From contig OZ059898.1 in assembly GCA_964057225.1 (NCBI GenBank), positions 20,460,001 through 20,524,000 on the forward strand: 64,000 nucleotides of DNA. Reading direction: 5' to 3'. The notes below the pieces were generated by a model. It was given only the letters and a program-made list of their open reading frames with translations, made no database searches and had not been told where the DNA came from. Below are positions 21,801 through 36,800 of the stretch, in pieces. This stretch comes from Auanema rhodensis. Taxonomy: Eukaryota > Animalia > Nematoda. Position numbers and translations under genes: made by a program. Position 1 is the first letter of the stretch. The number at the start of each line of letters is the position of its first letter.

Positions 21801-24800
21801 GCTTCCAAAAACATTTTGACAAAAATTTTTTCGAAAAATTTCAGAATAATTTAGCAAAAAGTAGATGTTTTTAGATTCCATTTTTCAAGGCAAAGACGAT
21901 GGACAATGTTATTCAACGAAAAAATTAATTCTTCAGGGTGAAAATCGAGGATATAAGTGTGAACTTATATCAGTTGATATCTCGGTGCATTTTTAAGCTA
22001 GCGCAAATCTGATAACACAGATCGACGCAGCTTAAAAATCCGCATCGAATGCACTAAACTACATTGAGAAACGCTTGATACAAAAATTAGTTATGATCGT
22101 TTGAAAAATGATGCATTAGTGTATGTTGAGTTTCCATGTACACTCAACATTGCTTCCAAAAACATTTTGACAAAAATTTTTTCGAAAAATTTCAGAATAA
22201 TTTAGCAAAAAGTAGATGTTTTTAGATTCCATTTTTCAAGGCAAAGACGATGGACAATGTTATTCAACGAAAAAATTAATTCTTCAGGGTGAAAATCGAG
22301 AATATAAGTGTGAACTTATATCAGTTGATATCTCGGTGCATTTTTAAGCTAGCGCAAATCTGATAACACAGATCGACGCAGCTTAAAAATCCGCATCGAA
22401 TGAACTAAACTACATTGAGAAACGCTTGATACAAAAATTAGTTATGATCGTTTGAAAAATGATGCATTAGTGTATGTTGAGTTTCCATGTACACTCAACA
22501 TTGCTTCCAAAAACATTTTGACAAAAATTTTTTCGAAAAATTTCAAAATAATTTAGCAAAAAGTAGATGTTTTTAGATTCCTTTTTTCAAGGCAAAGACG
22601 ATGGACAATGTTATTCAACGAAAAAATTTTTCCTTCAGGGTGAAAATCGAGGATATAAGTGTGAACTTATATCAGTTGATATCTCGGTGCATTTTTAAGC
22701 TAGCGCAAATCTGATAACACAGATCGACGCAGCTTAAAAATCCGCATCGAATGCACTAAACTACATTGAGAAACGCTTGATACAAAAATTAGTTATGATC
22801 GTTTGAAAAATGATGCATTAGTGTATGTTGAGTTTCCATGTACACTCAACATTGCTTCCAAAAACATTTTGACAAAAATTTTTTCGAAAAATTTCAGAAT
22901 AATTTAGCAAAAAGTAGATGTTTTTAGATTCCATTTTTCAAGGCAAAGACGATGGACAATGTTATTCAACGAAAAAATTAATTCTTCAGGGTGAAAATCG
23001 AGGATATAAGTGTGAACTTATATCAGTTGATATCTCGGTGCATTTTTAAGCTAGCGCAAATCTGATAACACAGATCGACGCAGCTTAAAAATCCGCATCG
23101 AATGCACTAAACTACATTGAGAAACGCTTAATACAGAAATTAGTTATGATCGTTTGAAAAATGATGCATTAGTGTATGTTGAGTTTCCATGTACACTCAA
23201 CAATGCTTCCAAAAACATTTTGACAAAAATTTTTTCGAAAAATTTCAAAATAATTTAGCAAAAAGTAGATGTTTTTAGATTCCTTTTTTCAAGGCAAAGA
23301 CGATGGACAATGTTATTCAACGAAAAAATTATTCCTTCAGGGTGAAAATCGAGGATATAAGTGTGAACTTATATCAGTTGATATCTCGGTGCATTTTTAA
23401 GCTAGCGCAAATCTGATAACACAGATCGACGCAGCTTAAAAATCCGCATCGAATGAACTAAACTACATTGAGAAACGCTTGATACAAAAATTAGTTATGA
23501 TCGTTTGAAAAATGATGCATTAGTGTATGTTGAGTTTCCATGTACACTCAACATTGCTTCCAAAAACATTTTGACAAAAATTTTTTCGAAAAATTTCAAA
23601 ATAATTTAGCAAAAAGTAGATGTTTTTAGATTCCTTTTTTCAAGGCAAAGACGATGGACAATGTTATTCAACGAAAAAATTATTCCTTCAGGGTGAAAAT
23701 CGAGGATATAAGTGTGAACTTATATCAGTTGATATCTCGGTGCATTTTTAAGCTAGCGCAAATCTGATAACACAGATCGACGCAGCTTAAAAATCCGCAT
23801 CGAATGCACTAAACTACATTGAGAAACGCTTGATACAAAAATTAGTTATGATCGTTTGAAAAATGATGCATTAGTGTATGTTGAGTTTCCATGTACACTC
23901 AACATTGCTTCCAAAAACATTTTGACAAAAATTTTTTCGAAAAATTTCAGAATAATTTAGCAAAAAGTAGATGTTTTTAGATTCCATTTTTCAAGGCAAA
24001 GACGATGGACAATGTTATTCAACGAAAAAATTAATTCTTCAGGGTGAAAATCGAGAATATAAGTGTGAACTTATATCAGTTGATATCTCGGTGCATTTTT
24101 AAGCTAGCGCAAATCTGATAACACAGATCGACGCAGCTTAAAAATCCGCATCGAATGCACTATACTACATTGAGAAACGTTTAATACAAAAATTAGTTAT
24201 GATCCTTTGAAAAATGATGCATTAGAGTATGTTGAGTTTCCATGTACACTCAACAATGCTTCCAAAAACATTTTGACAAAAATTTTTTCGAAAAATTTCA
24301 AAATAATTTAGCAAAAAGTAGATGTTTTTAGATTCCATTTTTCAAGGCAAAGACGATGGACAATGTTATTCAACGAAAAAATTAATTCTTCAGGGTGAAA
24401 ATCGAGGATATAAGTGTGAACTTATATCAGTTGATATCTCGGTGCATTTTTAAGCTAGCGCAAATCTGATAACACAGATCGACGCAGCTTAAAAATCCGC
24501 ATCGAATGCACTAAACTACATTGAGAAACGCTTAATACAGAAATTAGTTATGATCGTTTGAAAAATGATGCATTAGTGTATGTTGAGTTTCCATGTACAC
24601 TCAACAATGCTTCCAAAAACATTTTGACAAAAATTTTTTCGAAAAATTTCAAAATAATTTAGCAAAAAGTAGATGTTTTTAGATTCCTTTTTTCAAGGCA
24701 AAGACGATGGACAATGTTATTCAACAAAAAAATTATTCCTTCAGGGTGAAAATCGAGGATATAAGTGTGAACTTATATCAGTTGATATCTCGGTGCATTT

Positions 24801-27800
24801 TTAAGCTAGCGCAAATCTGATAACACAGATCGACGCAGCTTAAAAATCCGCATCGAATGCACTACACTACATTGAGAAACGCTTGATACAAAAATTAGTT
24901 ATGATCGTTTGAAAAATGATGCATTAGTGTATGTTGAGTTTCCATGTACACTCAACATTGCTTCCAAAAACATTTTGACAAAAATTTTTTCGAAAAATTT
25001 CAGAATAATTTAGCAAAAAGTAGATGTTTTTAGATTCCATTTTTCAAGGCAAAGACGATGGACAATGTTATTCAACGACAAAATTAATTCTTCAGGGTGA
25101 AAATCGAGGATATAAGTGTGAACTTATATCAGTTGATATCTCGGTGCATTTTTAAGCTAGCGCAAATCTGATAACACAGATCGACGCAGCTTAAAAATCC
25201 GCATCGAATGCACTAAACTACATTGAGAAACGCTTGATACAAAAATTAGTTATGATCGTTTGAAAAATGATGCATTAGTGTATGTTGAGTTTCCATGTAC
25301 ACTCAACATTGCTTCCAAAAACATTTTGACAAAAATTTTTTCGAAAAATTTCAGAATAATTTAGCAAAAAGTAGATGTTTTTAGATTCCATTTTTCAAGG
25401 CAAAGACGATGGACAATGTTATTCAACGAAAAAATTAATTCTTCAGGGTGAAAATCGAGGATATAAGTGTGAACTTATATCAGTTGATATCTCGGTGCAT
25501 TTTTAAGCTAGCGCAAATCTGATAACACAGATCGACGCAGCTTAAAAATCCGCATCGAATGCACTAAACTACATTGAGAAACGCTTAATACAGAAATTAG
25601 TTATGATCGTTTGAAAAATGATGCATTAGTGTATGTTGAGTTTCCATGTACACTCAACAATGCTTCCAAAAACATTTTGACAAAAATTTTTTCGAAAAAT
25701 TTCAAAATAATTTAGCAAAAAGTAGATGTTTTTAGATTCCTTTTTTCAAGGCAAAGACGATGGACAATGTTATTCAACGAAAAAATTATTCCTTCAGGGT
25801 GAAAATCGAGGATATAAGTGTGAACTTATATCAGTTGATATCTCTGTGCATTTTTAAGCTAGCGCAAATCTGATAAGACAGATCGACGCAGCTTAAAAAT
25901 CCGCATCGAATGCACTATACTACATTGAGAAACGCTTAATACAAAAATTAGTTATGATCGTTTGAAAAATGATGCATTAGTGTATGTTGAGTTTCCATGT
26001 ACACTCAACAATGCTTCCAAAAACATTTTGACAAAAATTTTTTCGAAAAATTTCAAAATAATTTAGCAAAAAGTAGATGTTTTTAGATTCCATTTTTCAA
26101 GGCAAAGACGATGGACAATGTTATTCAACGAAAAAATTAATTCTTCAGGGTGAAAATCGAGGATATAAGTGTGAACTTATATCAGTTGATATCTCGGTGC
26201 ATTTTTAAGCTAGCGCAAATCTGATAACACAGATCGACGCAGCTTAAAAATCCGCATCGAATGCACTATACTACATTGAGAAACGCTTAATACAAAAATT
26301 AGTTATGATCCCTTGAAAAATGATGCATTAGTGTATGTTGAGTTTCCATGTACACTCAACAATGCTTCCAAAAACATTTTGACAAAAATTTTTTCGAAAA
26401 ATTTCAAAATAATTCAGCAAAAAGTAGATGTTTTTAGATTCCGTTTTTCAAGGCAAAGACGATGGACAATGTTATTCAACGAAAAAATTAATTCTTCAGG
26501 GTGAAAATCGAGGATATAAGTGTGAACTTATATCAGTTGATATCTCGGTGCATTTTTAAGCTAGCGCAAATCTGATAACACAGATCGACGCAGCTTAAAA
26601 ATCCGCATCGAATGCACTATACTACATTGAGAAACGCTTAATACAAAAATTAGTTATGATCGTTTGAAAAATGATGCATTAGTGTATGTTGAGTTTCCAT
26701 GTACACTCAACATTGCTTCCAAAAACATTTTGACAAAAATTTTTTCCAAAAATTTCAAAATAATTTAGCAAAAAGTAGATGTTTTTAGATTCCTTTTTTC
26801 AAAGCAAAGACGATGGACAATGTTATTCAACGAAAAAATTAATTCTTCACGGTGAAAATCGAGGATATAAGTGTGAACTTATATCAGTTGATATCTCGGT
26901 GCATTTTTAAGCTAGCGCAAATCTGATAACACAGATCGACGCAGCTTAAAAATCCGCATCGAATGCACTATACTACATTGAGAAACGCTTGATACAAAAA
27001 TTAGTTATGATCGTTTGAAAAATGATGCATTAGTGTATGTTGAGTTTCCATGTACACTCAACATTGCTTCCAAAAACATTTTAACAAAAATTTTTTCGAA
27101 AAATTTCAAAATAATTTAGCAAAAAGTAGATGTTTTTAGATTCCATTTTTCAAGGCAAAGACGATGGACAATGTTATTCAACGAAAAAATTATTCCTTCA
27201 GGGTGAAAATCGAGGATATAAGTGTGAACTTATATCAGTTGATATCTCGGTGCATTTTTAAGCTAGCGCAAATCTGATAACACAGATCGACGCAGCTTAA
27301 AAATCCGCATCGAATGCACTAAACTACATTGAGAAACGCTTGATACAAAAATTAGTTATGATCGTTTGAAAAATGATGCATTAGTGTATGTTGAGTTTCC
27401 ATGTACACTCAACATTGCTTCCAAAAACATTTTGACAAAAATTTTTTCGAAAAATTTCAGAATAATTTAGCAAAAAGTAGATGTTTTTAGATTCCATTTT
27501 TCAAGGCAAAGACGATGGACAATGTTATTCAACGAAAAAATTAATTCTTCAGGGTGAAAATCGAGAATATAAGTGTGAACTTATATCAGTTGATATCTCG
27601 GTGCATTTTTAAGCTAGCGCAAATCTGATAACACAGATCGACGCAGCTTAAAAATCCGCATCGAATGCACTATACTACATTGAGAAACGCTTAATACAAA
27701 AATTAGTTATGATCGTTTGAAAAATGATGCATTAGTGTATGTTGAGTTTCCATGTACACTCAACATTGCTTCCAAAAACATTTTGACAAAAATTTTTTCC

Positions 27801-30800
27801 AAAAATTTCAAAATAATTTAGCAAAAAGTAGATGTTTTTAGATTCCTTTTTTCAAGGCAAAGACGATGGACAATGTTATTCAACGAAAAAATTAATTCTT
27901 CAGGGTGAAAATCGAGGATATAAGTGTGAACTTATATCAGTTGATATCTCGGTGCATTTTTAAGCTAGCGCAAATCTGATAACACAGATCGACGCAGCTT
28001 AAAAATCCGCATCGAATGCACTATACTACATTGAGAAACGCTTAATACAAAAATTAGTTATGATCGTTTGAAAAATGATGCATTAGTGTATGTTGAGTTT
28101 CCATGTACACTCAACATTGCTTCCAAAAACATTTTGACAAAAATTTTTTCGAAAAATTTCAAAATAATTTAGCAAAAAGTAGATGTTTTTAGATTCCATT
28201 TTTCAAGGCAAAGACGATGGACAATGTTATTCAACGAAAAAATTATTCCTTCAGGGTGAAAATCGAGGATATAAGTGTGAACTTATATCAGTTGATATCT
28301 CGGTGCATTTTTAAGCTAGCGCAAATCTGATAACACAGATCGACGCAGCTTAAAAATCCGCATCGAATGCACTAAACTACATTGAGAAACGCTTGATACA
28401 AAAATTAGTTATGATCGTTTGAAAAATGATGCATTAGTGTATGTTGAGTTTCCATGTACACTTAACATTGCTTCCAAAAACATTTTGACAAAAATTTTTT
28501 CGAAAAATTTCAGAATAATTTAGCAAAAAGTAGATGTTTTTAGATTCCATTTTTCAAGGCAAAGACGATGGACAATGTTATTCAACGAAAAAATTAATTC
28601 TTCAGGGTGAAAATCGAGAATATAAGTGTGAACTTATATCAGTTGATATCTCGGTGCATTTTTAAGCTAGCGCAAATCTGATAACACAGATCGACGCAGC
28701 TTAAAAATCCGCATCGAATGCACTATACTACATTGAGAAACGCTTAATACAAAAATTAGTTATGATCCTTTGAAAAATGATGCATTAGTGTATGTTGAGT
28801 TTCCATGTACACTCAACAATGCTTCCAAAAACATTTTGACAAAAATTTTTTCGAAAAATTTCAAAATAATTTAGCAAAAAGTAGATGTTTTTAGATTCCA
28901 TTTTTCAAGGCAAAGACGATGGACAATGTTATTCAACGAAAAAATTAATTCTTCAGGGTGAAAATCGAGGATATAAGTGTGAACTTATATCAGTTGATAT
29001 CTCGGTGCATTTTTAAGCTAGCGCAAATCTGATAACACAGATCGACGCAGCTTAAAAATCCGCATCGAATGCACTATACTACATTGAGAAACGCTTAATA
29101 CAAAAATTAGTTATGATCCCTTGAAAAATGATGCATTAGTGTATGTTGAGTTTCCATGTACACTCAACAATGCTTCCAAAAACATTTTGACAAAAATTTT
29201 TTCGAAAAATTTCAAAATAATTCAGCAAAAAGTAGATGTTTTTAGATTCCATTTTTCAAGGCAAAGACGATGGACAATGTTATTCAACGAAAAAATTAAT
29301 TCTTCAGGGTGAAAATCGAGGATATAAGTGTGAACTTATATCAGTTGATATCTCGGTGCATTTTTAAGTTAGCGCAAATCTGATAACACAGATCGACGCA
29401 GCTTAAAAATCCGCATCGAATGCACTATACTACATTGAGAAACGCTTAATACAAAAATTAGTTATGATCCCTTGAAAAATGATGCATTAGTGTATGTTGA
29501 GTTTCCATGTACACTCAACAATGCTTCCAAAAACATTTTGACAAAAATTTTTTCGAAAAATTTCAAAATAATTCAGCAAAAAGTAGATGTTTTTAGATTC
29601 CATTTTTCAAGGCAAAGACGATGGACAATGTTATTCAACGAAAAAATTAATTCTTCAGGGTGAAAATCGAGGATATAAGTGTGAACTTATATCAGTTGAT
29701 ATCTCGGTGCATTTTCAAGCTAGCGCAAATCTGATAACACAGATCGACGCAGCTTAAAAATCCGCATCGAATGCACTATACTACATTGAGAAACGCTTAA
29801 TACAAAAATTAGTTAAGATCGTTTGAAAAATGATGCATTAGTGTATGTTGAGTTTCCATGTACACTTAACATTGCTTCCAAAAACATTTTGACAAAAATT
29901 TTTTCGAAAAATTTCAGAATAATTTAGCAAAAAGTAGATGTTTTTAGATTCCATTTTTCAAGGCAAAGACGATGGACAATGTTATTCAACGAAAAAATTA
30001 ATTCTTCAGGGTGAAAATCGAGAATATAAGTGTGAACTTATATCAGTTGATATCTCGGTGCATTTTTAAGCTAGCGCAAATCTGATAACACAGATCGACG
30101 CAGCTTAAAAATCCGCATCGAATGCACTATACTACATTGAGAAACGCTTAATACAAAAATTAGTTATGATCCTTTGAAAAATGATGCATTAGTGTATGTT
30201 GAGTTTCCATGTACACTCAACAATGCTTCCAAAAACATTTTGACAAAAATTTTTTCGAAAAATTTCAAAATAATTTAGCAAAAAGTAGATGTTTTTAGAT
30301 TCCATTTTTCAAGGCAAAGACGATGGACAATGTTATTCAACGAAAAAATTAATTCTTCAGGGTGAAAATCGAGGATATAAGTGTGAACTTATATCAGTTG
30401 ATATCTCGGTGCATTTTTAAGCTAGCGCAAATCTGATAACACAGATCGACGCAGCTTAAAAATCCGCATCGAATGCACTATACTACATTGAGAAACGCTT
30501 AATACAAAAATTAGTTATGATCCCTTGAAAAATGATGCATTAGTGTATGTTGAGTTTCCATGTACACTCAACAATGCTTCCAAAAACATTTTGACAAAAA
30601 TTTTTTCGAAAAATTTCAAAATAATTCAGCAAAAAGTAGATGTTTTTAGATTCCATTTTTCAAGGCAAAGACGATGGACAATGTTATTCAACGAAAAAAT
30701 TAATTCTTCAGGGTGAAAATCGAGGATATAAGTGTGAACTTATATCAGTTGATATCTCGGTGCATTTTTAAGCTAGCGCAAATCTGATAACACAGATCGA

Positions 30801-33800
30801 CGCAGCTTAAAAATCCGCATCGAATGCACTATACTACATTGAGAAACGCTTAATACAAAAATTAGTTATGATCGTTTGAAAAATGATGCATTAGTGTATG
30901 TTGAGTTTCCATGTACACTTAACATTGCTTCCAAAAACATTTTGACAAAAATTTTTTCGAAAAATTTCAGAATAATTTAGCAAAAAGTAGATGTTTTTAG
31001 ATTCCATTTTTCAAGGCAAAGACGATGGACAATGTTATTCAACGAAAAAATTAATTCTTCAGGGTGAAAATCGAGAATATAAGTGTGAACTTATATCAGT
31101 TGATATCTCGGTGCATTTTTAAGCTAGCGCAAATCTGATAACACAGATCGACGCAGCTTAAAAATCCGCATCGAATGCACTATACTACATTGAGAAACGC
31201 TTAATACAAAAATTAGTTATGATCCTTTGAAAAATGATGCATTAGTGTATGTTGAGTTTCCATGTACACTCAACAATGCTTCCAAAAACATTTTGACAAA
31301 AATTTTTTCGAAAAATTTCAAAATAATTTAGCAAAAAGTAGATGTTTTTAGATTCCATTTTTCAAGGCAAAGACGATGGACAATGTTATTCAACGAAAAA
31401 ATTAATTCTTCAGGGTGAAAATCGAGGATATAAGTGTGAACTTATATCAGTTGATATCTCGGTGCATTTTTAAGCTAGCGCAAATCTGATAACACAGATC
31501 GACGCAGCTTAAAAATCCGCATCGAATGCACTATACTACATTGAGAAACGCTTAATACAAAAATTAGTTATGATCCCTTGAAAAATGATGCATTAGTGTA
31601 TGTTGAGTTTCCATGTACACTCAACAATGCTTCCAAAAACATTTTGACAAAAATTTTTTCGAAAAATTTCAAAATAATTCAGCAAAAAGTAGATGTTTTT
31701 AGATTCCATTTTTCAAGGCAAAGACGATGGACAATGTTATTCAACGAAAAAATTAATTCTTCAGGGTGAAAATCGAGGATATAAGTGTGAACTTATATCA
31801 GTTGATATCTCGGTGCATTTTTAAGCTAGCGCAAATCTGATAACACAGATCGACGCAGCTTAAAAATCCGCATCGAATGCACTATACTACATTGAGAAAC
31901 GCTTAATACAAAAATTAGTTATGATCGTTTGAAAAATGATGCATTAGTGTATGTTGAGTTTCCATGTACACTTAACATTGCTTCCAAAAACATTTTGACA
32001 AAAATTTTTTCGAAAAATTTCAAAATAATTCAGCAAAAAGTAGATGTTTTTAGATTCCATTTTTCAAGGCAAAGACGATGGACAATGTTATTCAACGAAA
32101 AAATTAATTCTTCAGGGTGAAAATCGAGGATATAAGTGTGAACTTATATCAGTTGATATCTCGGTGCATTTTTAAGCTAGCGCAAATCTGATAACACAGA
32201 TCGACGCAGCTTAAAAATCCGCATCGAATGCACTATACTACATTGAGAAACGCTTAATACAAAAATTAGTTATGATCCCTTGAAAAATGATGCATTAGTG
32301 TATGTTGAGTTTCCATGTACACTCAACAATGCTTCCAAAAACATTTTGACAAAAATTTTTTCGAAAAATTTCAAAATAATTCAGCAAAAAGTAGATGTTT
32401 TTAGATTCCATTTTTCAAGGCAAAGACGATGGACAATGTTATTCAACGAAAAAATTAATTCTTCAGGGTGAAAATCGAGGATATAAGTGTGAACTTATAT
32501 CAGTTGATATCTCGGTGCATTTTTAAGCTAGCGCAAATCTGATAACACAGATCGACGCAGCTTAAAAATCCGCATCGAATGCACTATACTACATTGAGAA
32601 ACGCTTAATACAAAAATTAGTTATGATCGTTTGAAAAATGATGCATTAGTGTATGTTGAGTTTCCATGTACACTCAACATTGCTTCCAAAAACATTTTGA
32701 CAAAAATTTTTTCCAAAAATTTCAAAATAATTTAGCAAAAAGTAGATGTTTTTAGATTCCTTTTTTCAAGGCAAAGACGATGGACAATGTTATTCAACGA
32801 AAAAATTAATTCTTCAGGGTGAAAATCGAGGATATAAGTGTGAACTTATATCAGTTGATATCTCGGTGCATTTTTAAGCTAGCGCAAATCTGATAACACA
32901 GATCGACGCAGCTTAAAAATCCGCATCGAATGCACTATACTACATTGAGAAACGCTTGATACAAAAATTAGTTATGATCGTTTGAAAAATGATGCATTAG
33001 TGTATGTTGAGTTTCCATGTACACTCAACATTGCTTCCAAAAACATTTTAACAAAAATTTTTTCGAAAAATTTCAAAATAATTTAGCAAAAAGTAGATGT
33101 TTTTAGATTCCATTTTTCAAGGCAAAGACGATGGACAATGTTATTCAACGAAAAAATTATTCCTTCAGGGTGAAAATCGAGGATATAAGTGTGAACTTAT
33201 ATCAGTTGATATCTCGGTGCATTTTTAAGCTAGCGCAAATCTGATAACACAGATCGACGCAGCTTAAAAATCCGCATCGAATGCACTAAACTACATTGAG
33301 AAACGCTTGATACAAAAATTAGTTATGATCGTTTGAAAAATGATGCATTAGTGTATGTTGAGTTTCCATGTACACTCAACATTGCTTCCAAAAACATTTT
33401 GACAAAAATTTTTTCGAAAAATTTCAGAATAATTTAGCAAAAAGTAGATGTTTTTAGATTCCATTTTTCAAGGCAAAGACGATGGACAATGTTATTCAAC
33501 GAAAAAATTAATTCTTCAGGGTGAAAATCGAGAATATAAGTGTGAACTTATATCAGTTGATATCTCGGTGCATTTTTAAGCTAGCGCAAATCTGATAACA
33601 CAGATCGACGCAGCTTAAAAATCCGCATCGAATGCACTATACTACATTGAGAAACGCTTAATACAAAAATTAGTTATGATCGTTTGAAAAATGATGCATT
33701 AGTGTATGTTGAGTTTCCATGTACACTCAACATTGCTTCCAAAAACATTTTGACAAAAATTTTTTCCAAAAATTTCAAAATAATTTAGCAAAAAGTAGAT

Positions 33801-36800
33801 GTTTTTAGATTCCTTTTTTCAAGGCAAAGACGATGGACAATGTTATTCAACGAAAAAATTAATTCTTCAGGGTGAAAATCGAGGATATAAGTGTGAACTT
33901 ATATCAGTTGATATCTCGGTGCATTTTTAAGCTAGCGCAAATCTGATAACACAGATCGACGCAGCTTAAAAATCCGCATCGAATGCACTATACTACATTG
34001 AGAAACGCTTAATACAAAAATTAGTTATGATCGTTTGAAAAATGATGCATTAGTGTATGTTGAGTTTCCATGTACACTCAACATTGCTTCCAAAAACATT
34101 TTGACAAAAATTTTTTCGAAAAATTTCAAAATAATTTAGCAAAAAGTAGATGTTTTTAGATTCCATTTTTCAAGGCAAAGACGATGGACAATGTTATTCA
34201 ACGAAAAAATTATTCCTTCAGGGTGAAAATCGAGGATATAAGTGTGAACTTATATCAGTTGATATCTCGGTGCATTTTTAAGCTAGCGCAAATCTGATAA
34301 CACAGATCGACGCAGCTTAAAAATCCGCATCGAATGCACTAAACTACATTGAGAAACGCTTGATACAAAAATTAGTTATGATCGTTTGAAAAATGATGCA
34401 TTAGTGTATGTTGAGTTTCCATGTACACTTAACATTGCTTCCAAAAACATTTTGACAAAAATTTTTTTGAAAAATTTCAGAATAATTTAGCAAAAAGTAG
34501 ATGTTTTTAGATTCCATTTTTCAAGGCAAAGACGATGGACAATGTTATTCAACGAAAAAATTAATTCTTCAGGGTGAAAATCGAGAATATAAGTGTGAAC
34601 TTATATCAGTTGATATCTCGGTGCATTTTTAAGCTAGCGCAAATCTGATAACACAGATCGACGCAGCTTAAAAATCCGCATCGAATGCACTATACTACAT
34701 TGAGAAACGCTTAATACAAAAATTAGTTATGATCCTTTGAAAAATGATGCATTAGTGTATGTTGAGTTTCCATGTACACTCAACAATGCTTCCAAAAACA
34801 TTTTGACAAAAATTTTTTCGAAAAATTTCAAAATAATTTAGCAAAAAGTAGATGTTTTTAGATTCCATTTTTCAAGGCAAAGACGATGGACAATGTTATT
34901 CAACGAAAAAATTAATTCTTCAGGGTGAAAATCGAGGATATAAGTGTGAACTTATATCAGTTGATATCTCGGTGCATTTTTAAGCTAGCGCAAATCTGAT
35001 AACACAGATCGACGCAGCTTAAAAATCCGCATCGAATGCACTATACTACATTGAGAAACGCTTAATACAAAAATTAGTTATGATCCTTTGAAAAATGATG
35101 CATTAGTGTATGTTGAGTTTCCATGTACACTCAACAATGCTTCCAAAAACATTTTGACAAAAATTTTTTCGAAAAATTTCAAAATAATTTAGCAAAAAGT
35201 AGATGTTTTTAGATTCCATTTTTCAAGGCAAAGACGATGGACAATGTTATTCAACGAAAAAATTATTCCTTCAGGGTGAAAATCGAGGATATAAGTGTGA
35301 ACTTATATCAGTTGATATCTCGGTGCATTTTTAAGCTAGCGCAAATCTGATAACACAGATCGACGCAGCTTAAAAATCCGCATCGAATGCACTAAACTAC
35401 ATTGAGAAACGCTTAATACAGAAATTAGTTATGATCGTTTGAAAAATGATGCATTAGTGTATGTTGAGTTTCCATGTACACTCAACAATGCTTCCAAAAA
35501 CATTTTGACAAAAATTTTTTCGAAAAATTTCAAAATAATTTAGCAAAAAGTAGATGTTTTTAGATTCCTTTTTTCAAGGCAAAGACGATGGACAATGTTA
35601 TTCAACGAAAAAATTATTCCTTCAGGGTGAAAATCGAGGATATAAGTGTGAACTTATATCAGTTGATATCTCGGTGCATTTTTAAGCTAGCGCAAATCTG
35701 ATAACACAGATCGACGCAGCTTAAAAATCCGCATCGAATGCACTAAACTACATTGAGAAACGCTTGATACAAAAATTAGTTATGATCGTTTGAAAAATGA
35801 TGCATTAGTGTATGTTGAGTTTCCATGTACACTTAACATTGCTTCCAAAAACATTTTGACAAAAATTTTTTCGAAAAATTTCAGAATAATTTAGCAAAAA
35901 GTAGATGTTTTTAGATTCCATTTTTCAAGGCAAAGACGATGGACAATGTTATTCAACGAAAAAATTAATTCTTCAGGGTGAGAATCGAGAATATAAGTGT
36001 GAACTTATATCAGTTGATATCTCGGTGCATTTTTAAGCTAGCGCAAATCTGATAACACAGATCGACGCAGCTTAAAAATCCGCATCGAATGCACTATACT
36101 ACATTGAGAAACGCTTAATACAAAAATTAGTTATGATCTTTTGAAAAATGATGCATTAGTGTATGTTGAGTTTCCATGTACACTCAACAATGCTTCCAAA
36201 AACATTTTGACAAAAATTTTTTCGAAAAATTTCAAAATAATTTAGCAAAAAGTAGATGTTTTTAGATTCCATTTTTCAAGGCAAAGACGATGGACAATGT
36301 TATTCAACGAAAAAATTAATTCTTCAGGGTGAAAATCGAGGATATAAGTGTGAACTTATATCAGTTGATATCTCGGTGCATTTTTAAGCTAGCGCAAATC
36401 TGATAACACAGATCGACGCAGCTTAAAAATCCGCATCGAATGCACTATACTACATTGAGAAACGCTTAATACAAAAATTAGTTATGATCCCTTGAAAAAT
36501 GATGCATTAGTGTATGTTGAGTTTCCATGTACACTCAACAATGCTTCCAAAAACATTTTGACAAAAATTTTTTCGAAAAATTTCAAAATAATTCAGCAAA
36601 AAGTAGATGTTTTTAGTTTCCATTTTTCAAGGCAAAGACGATGGACAATGTTATTCAACGAAAAAATTAATTCTTCAGGGTGAAAATCGAGGATATAAGT
36701 GTGAACTTATATCAGTTGATATCTCGGTGCATTTTTAAGCTAGCGCAAATCTGATAACACAGATCGACGCAGCTTAAAAATCCGCATCGAATGCACTATA

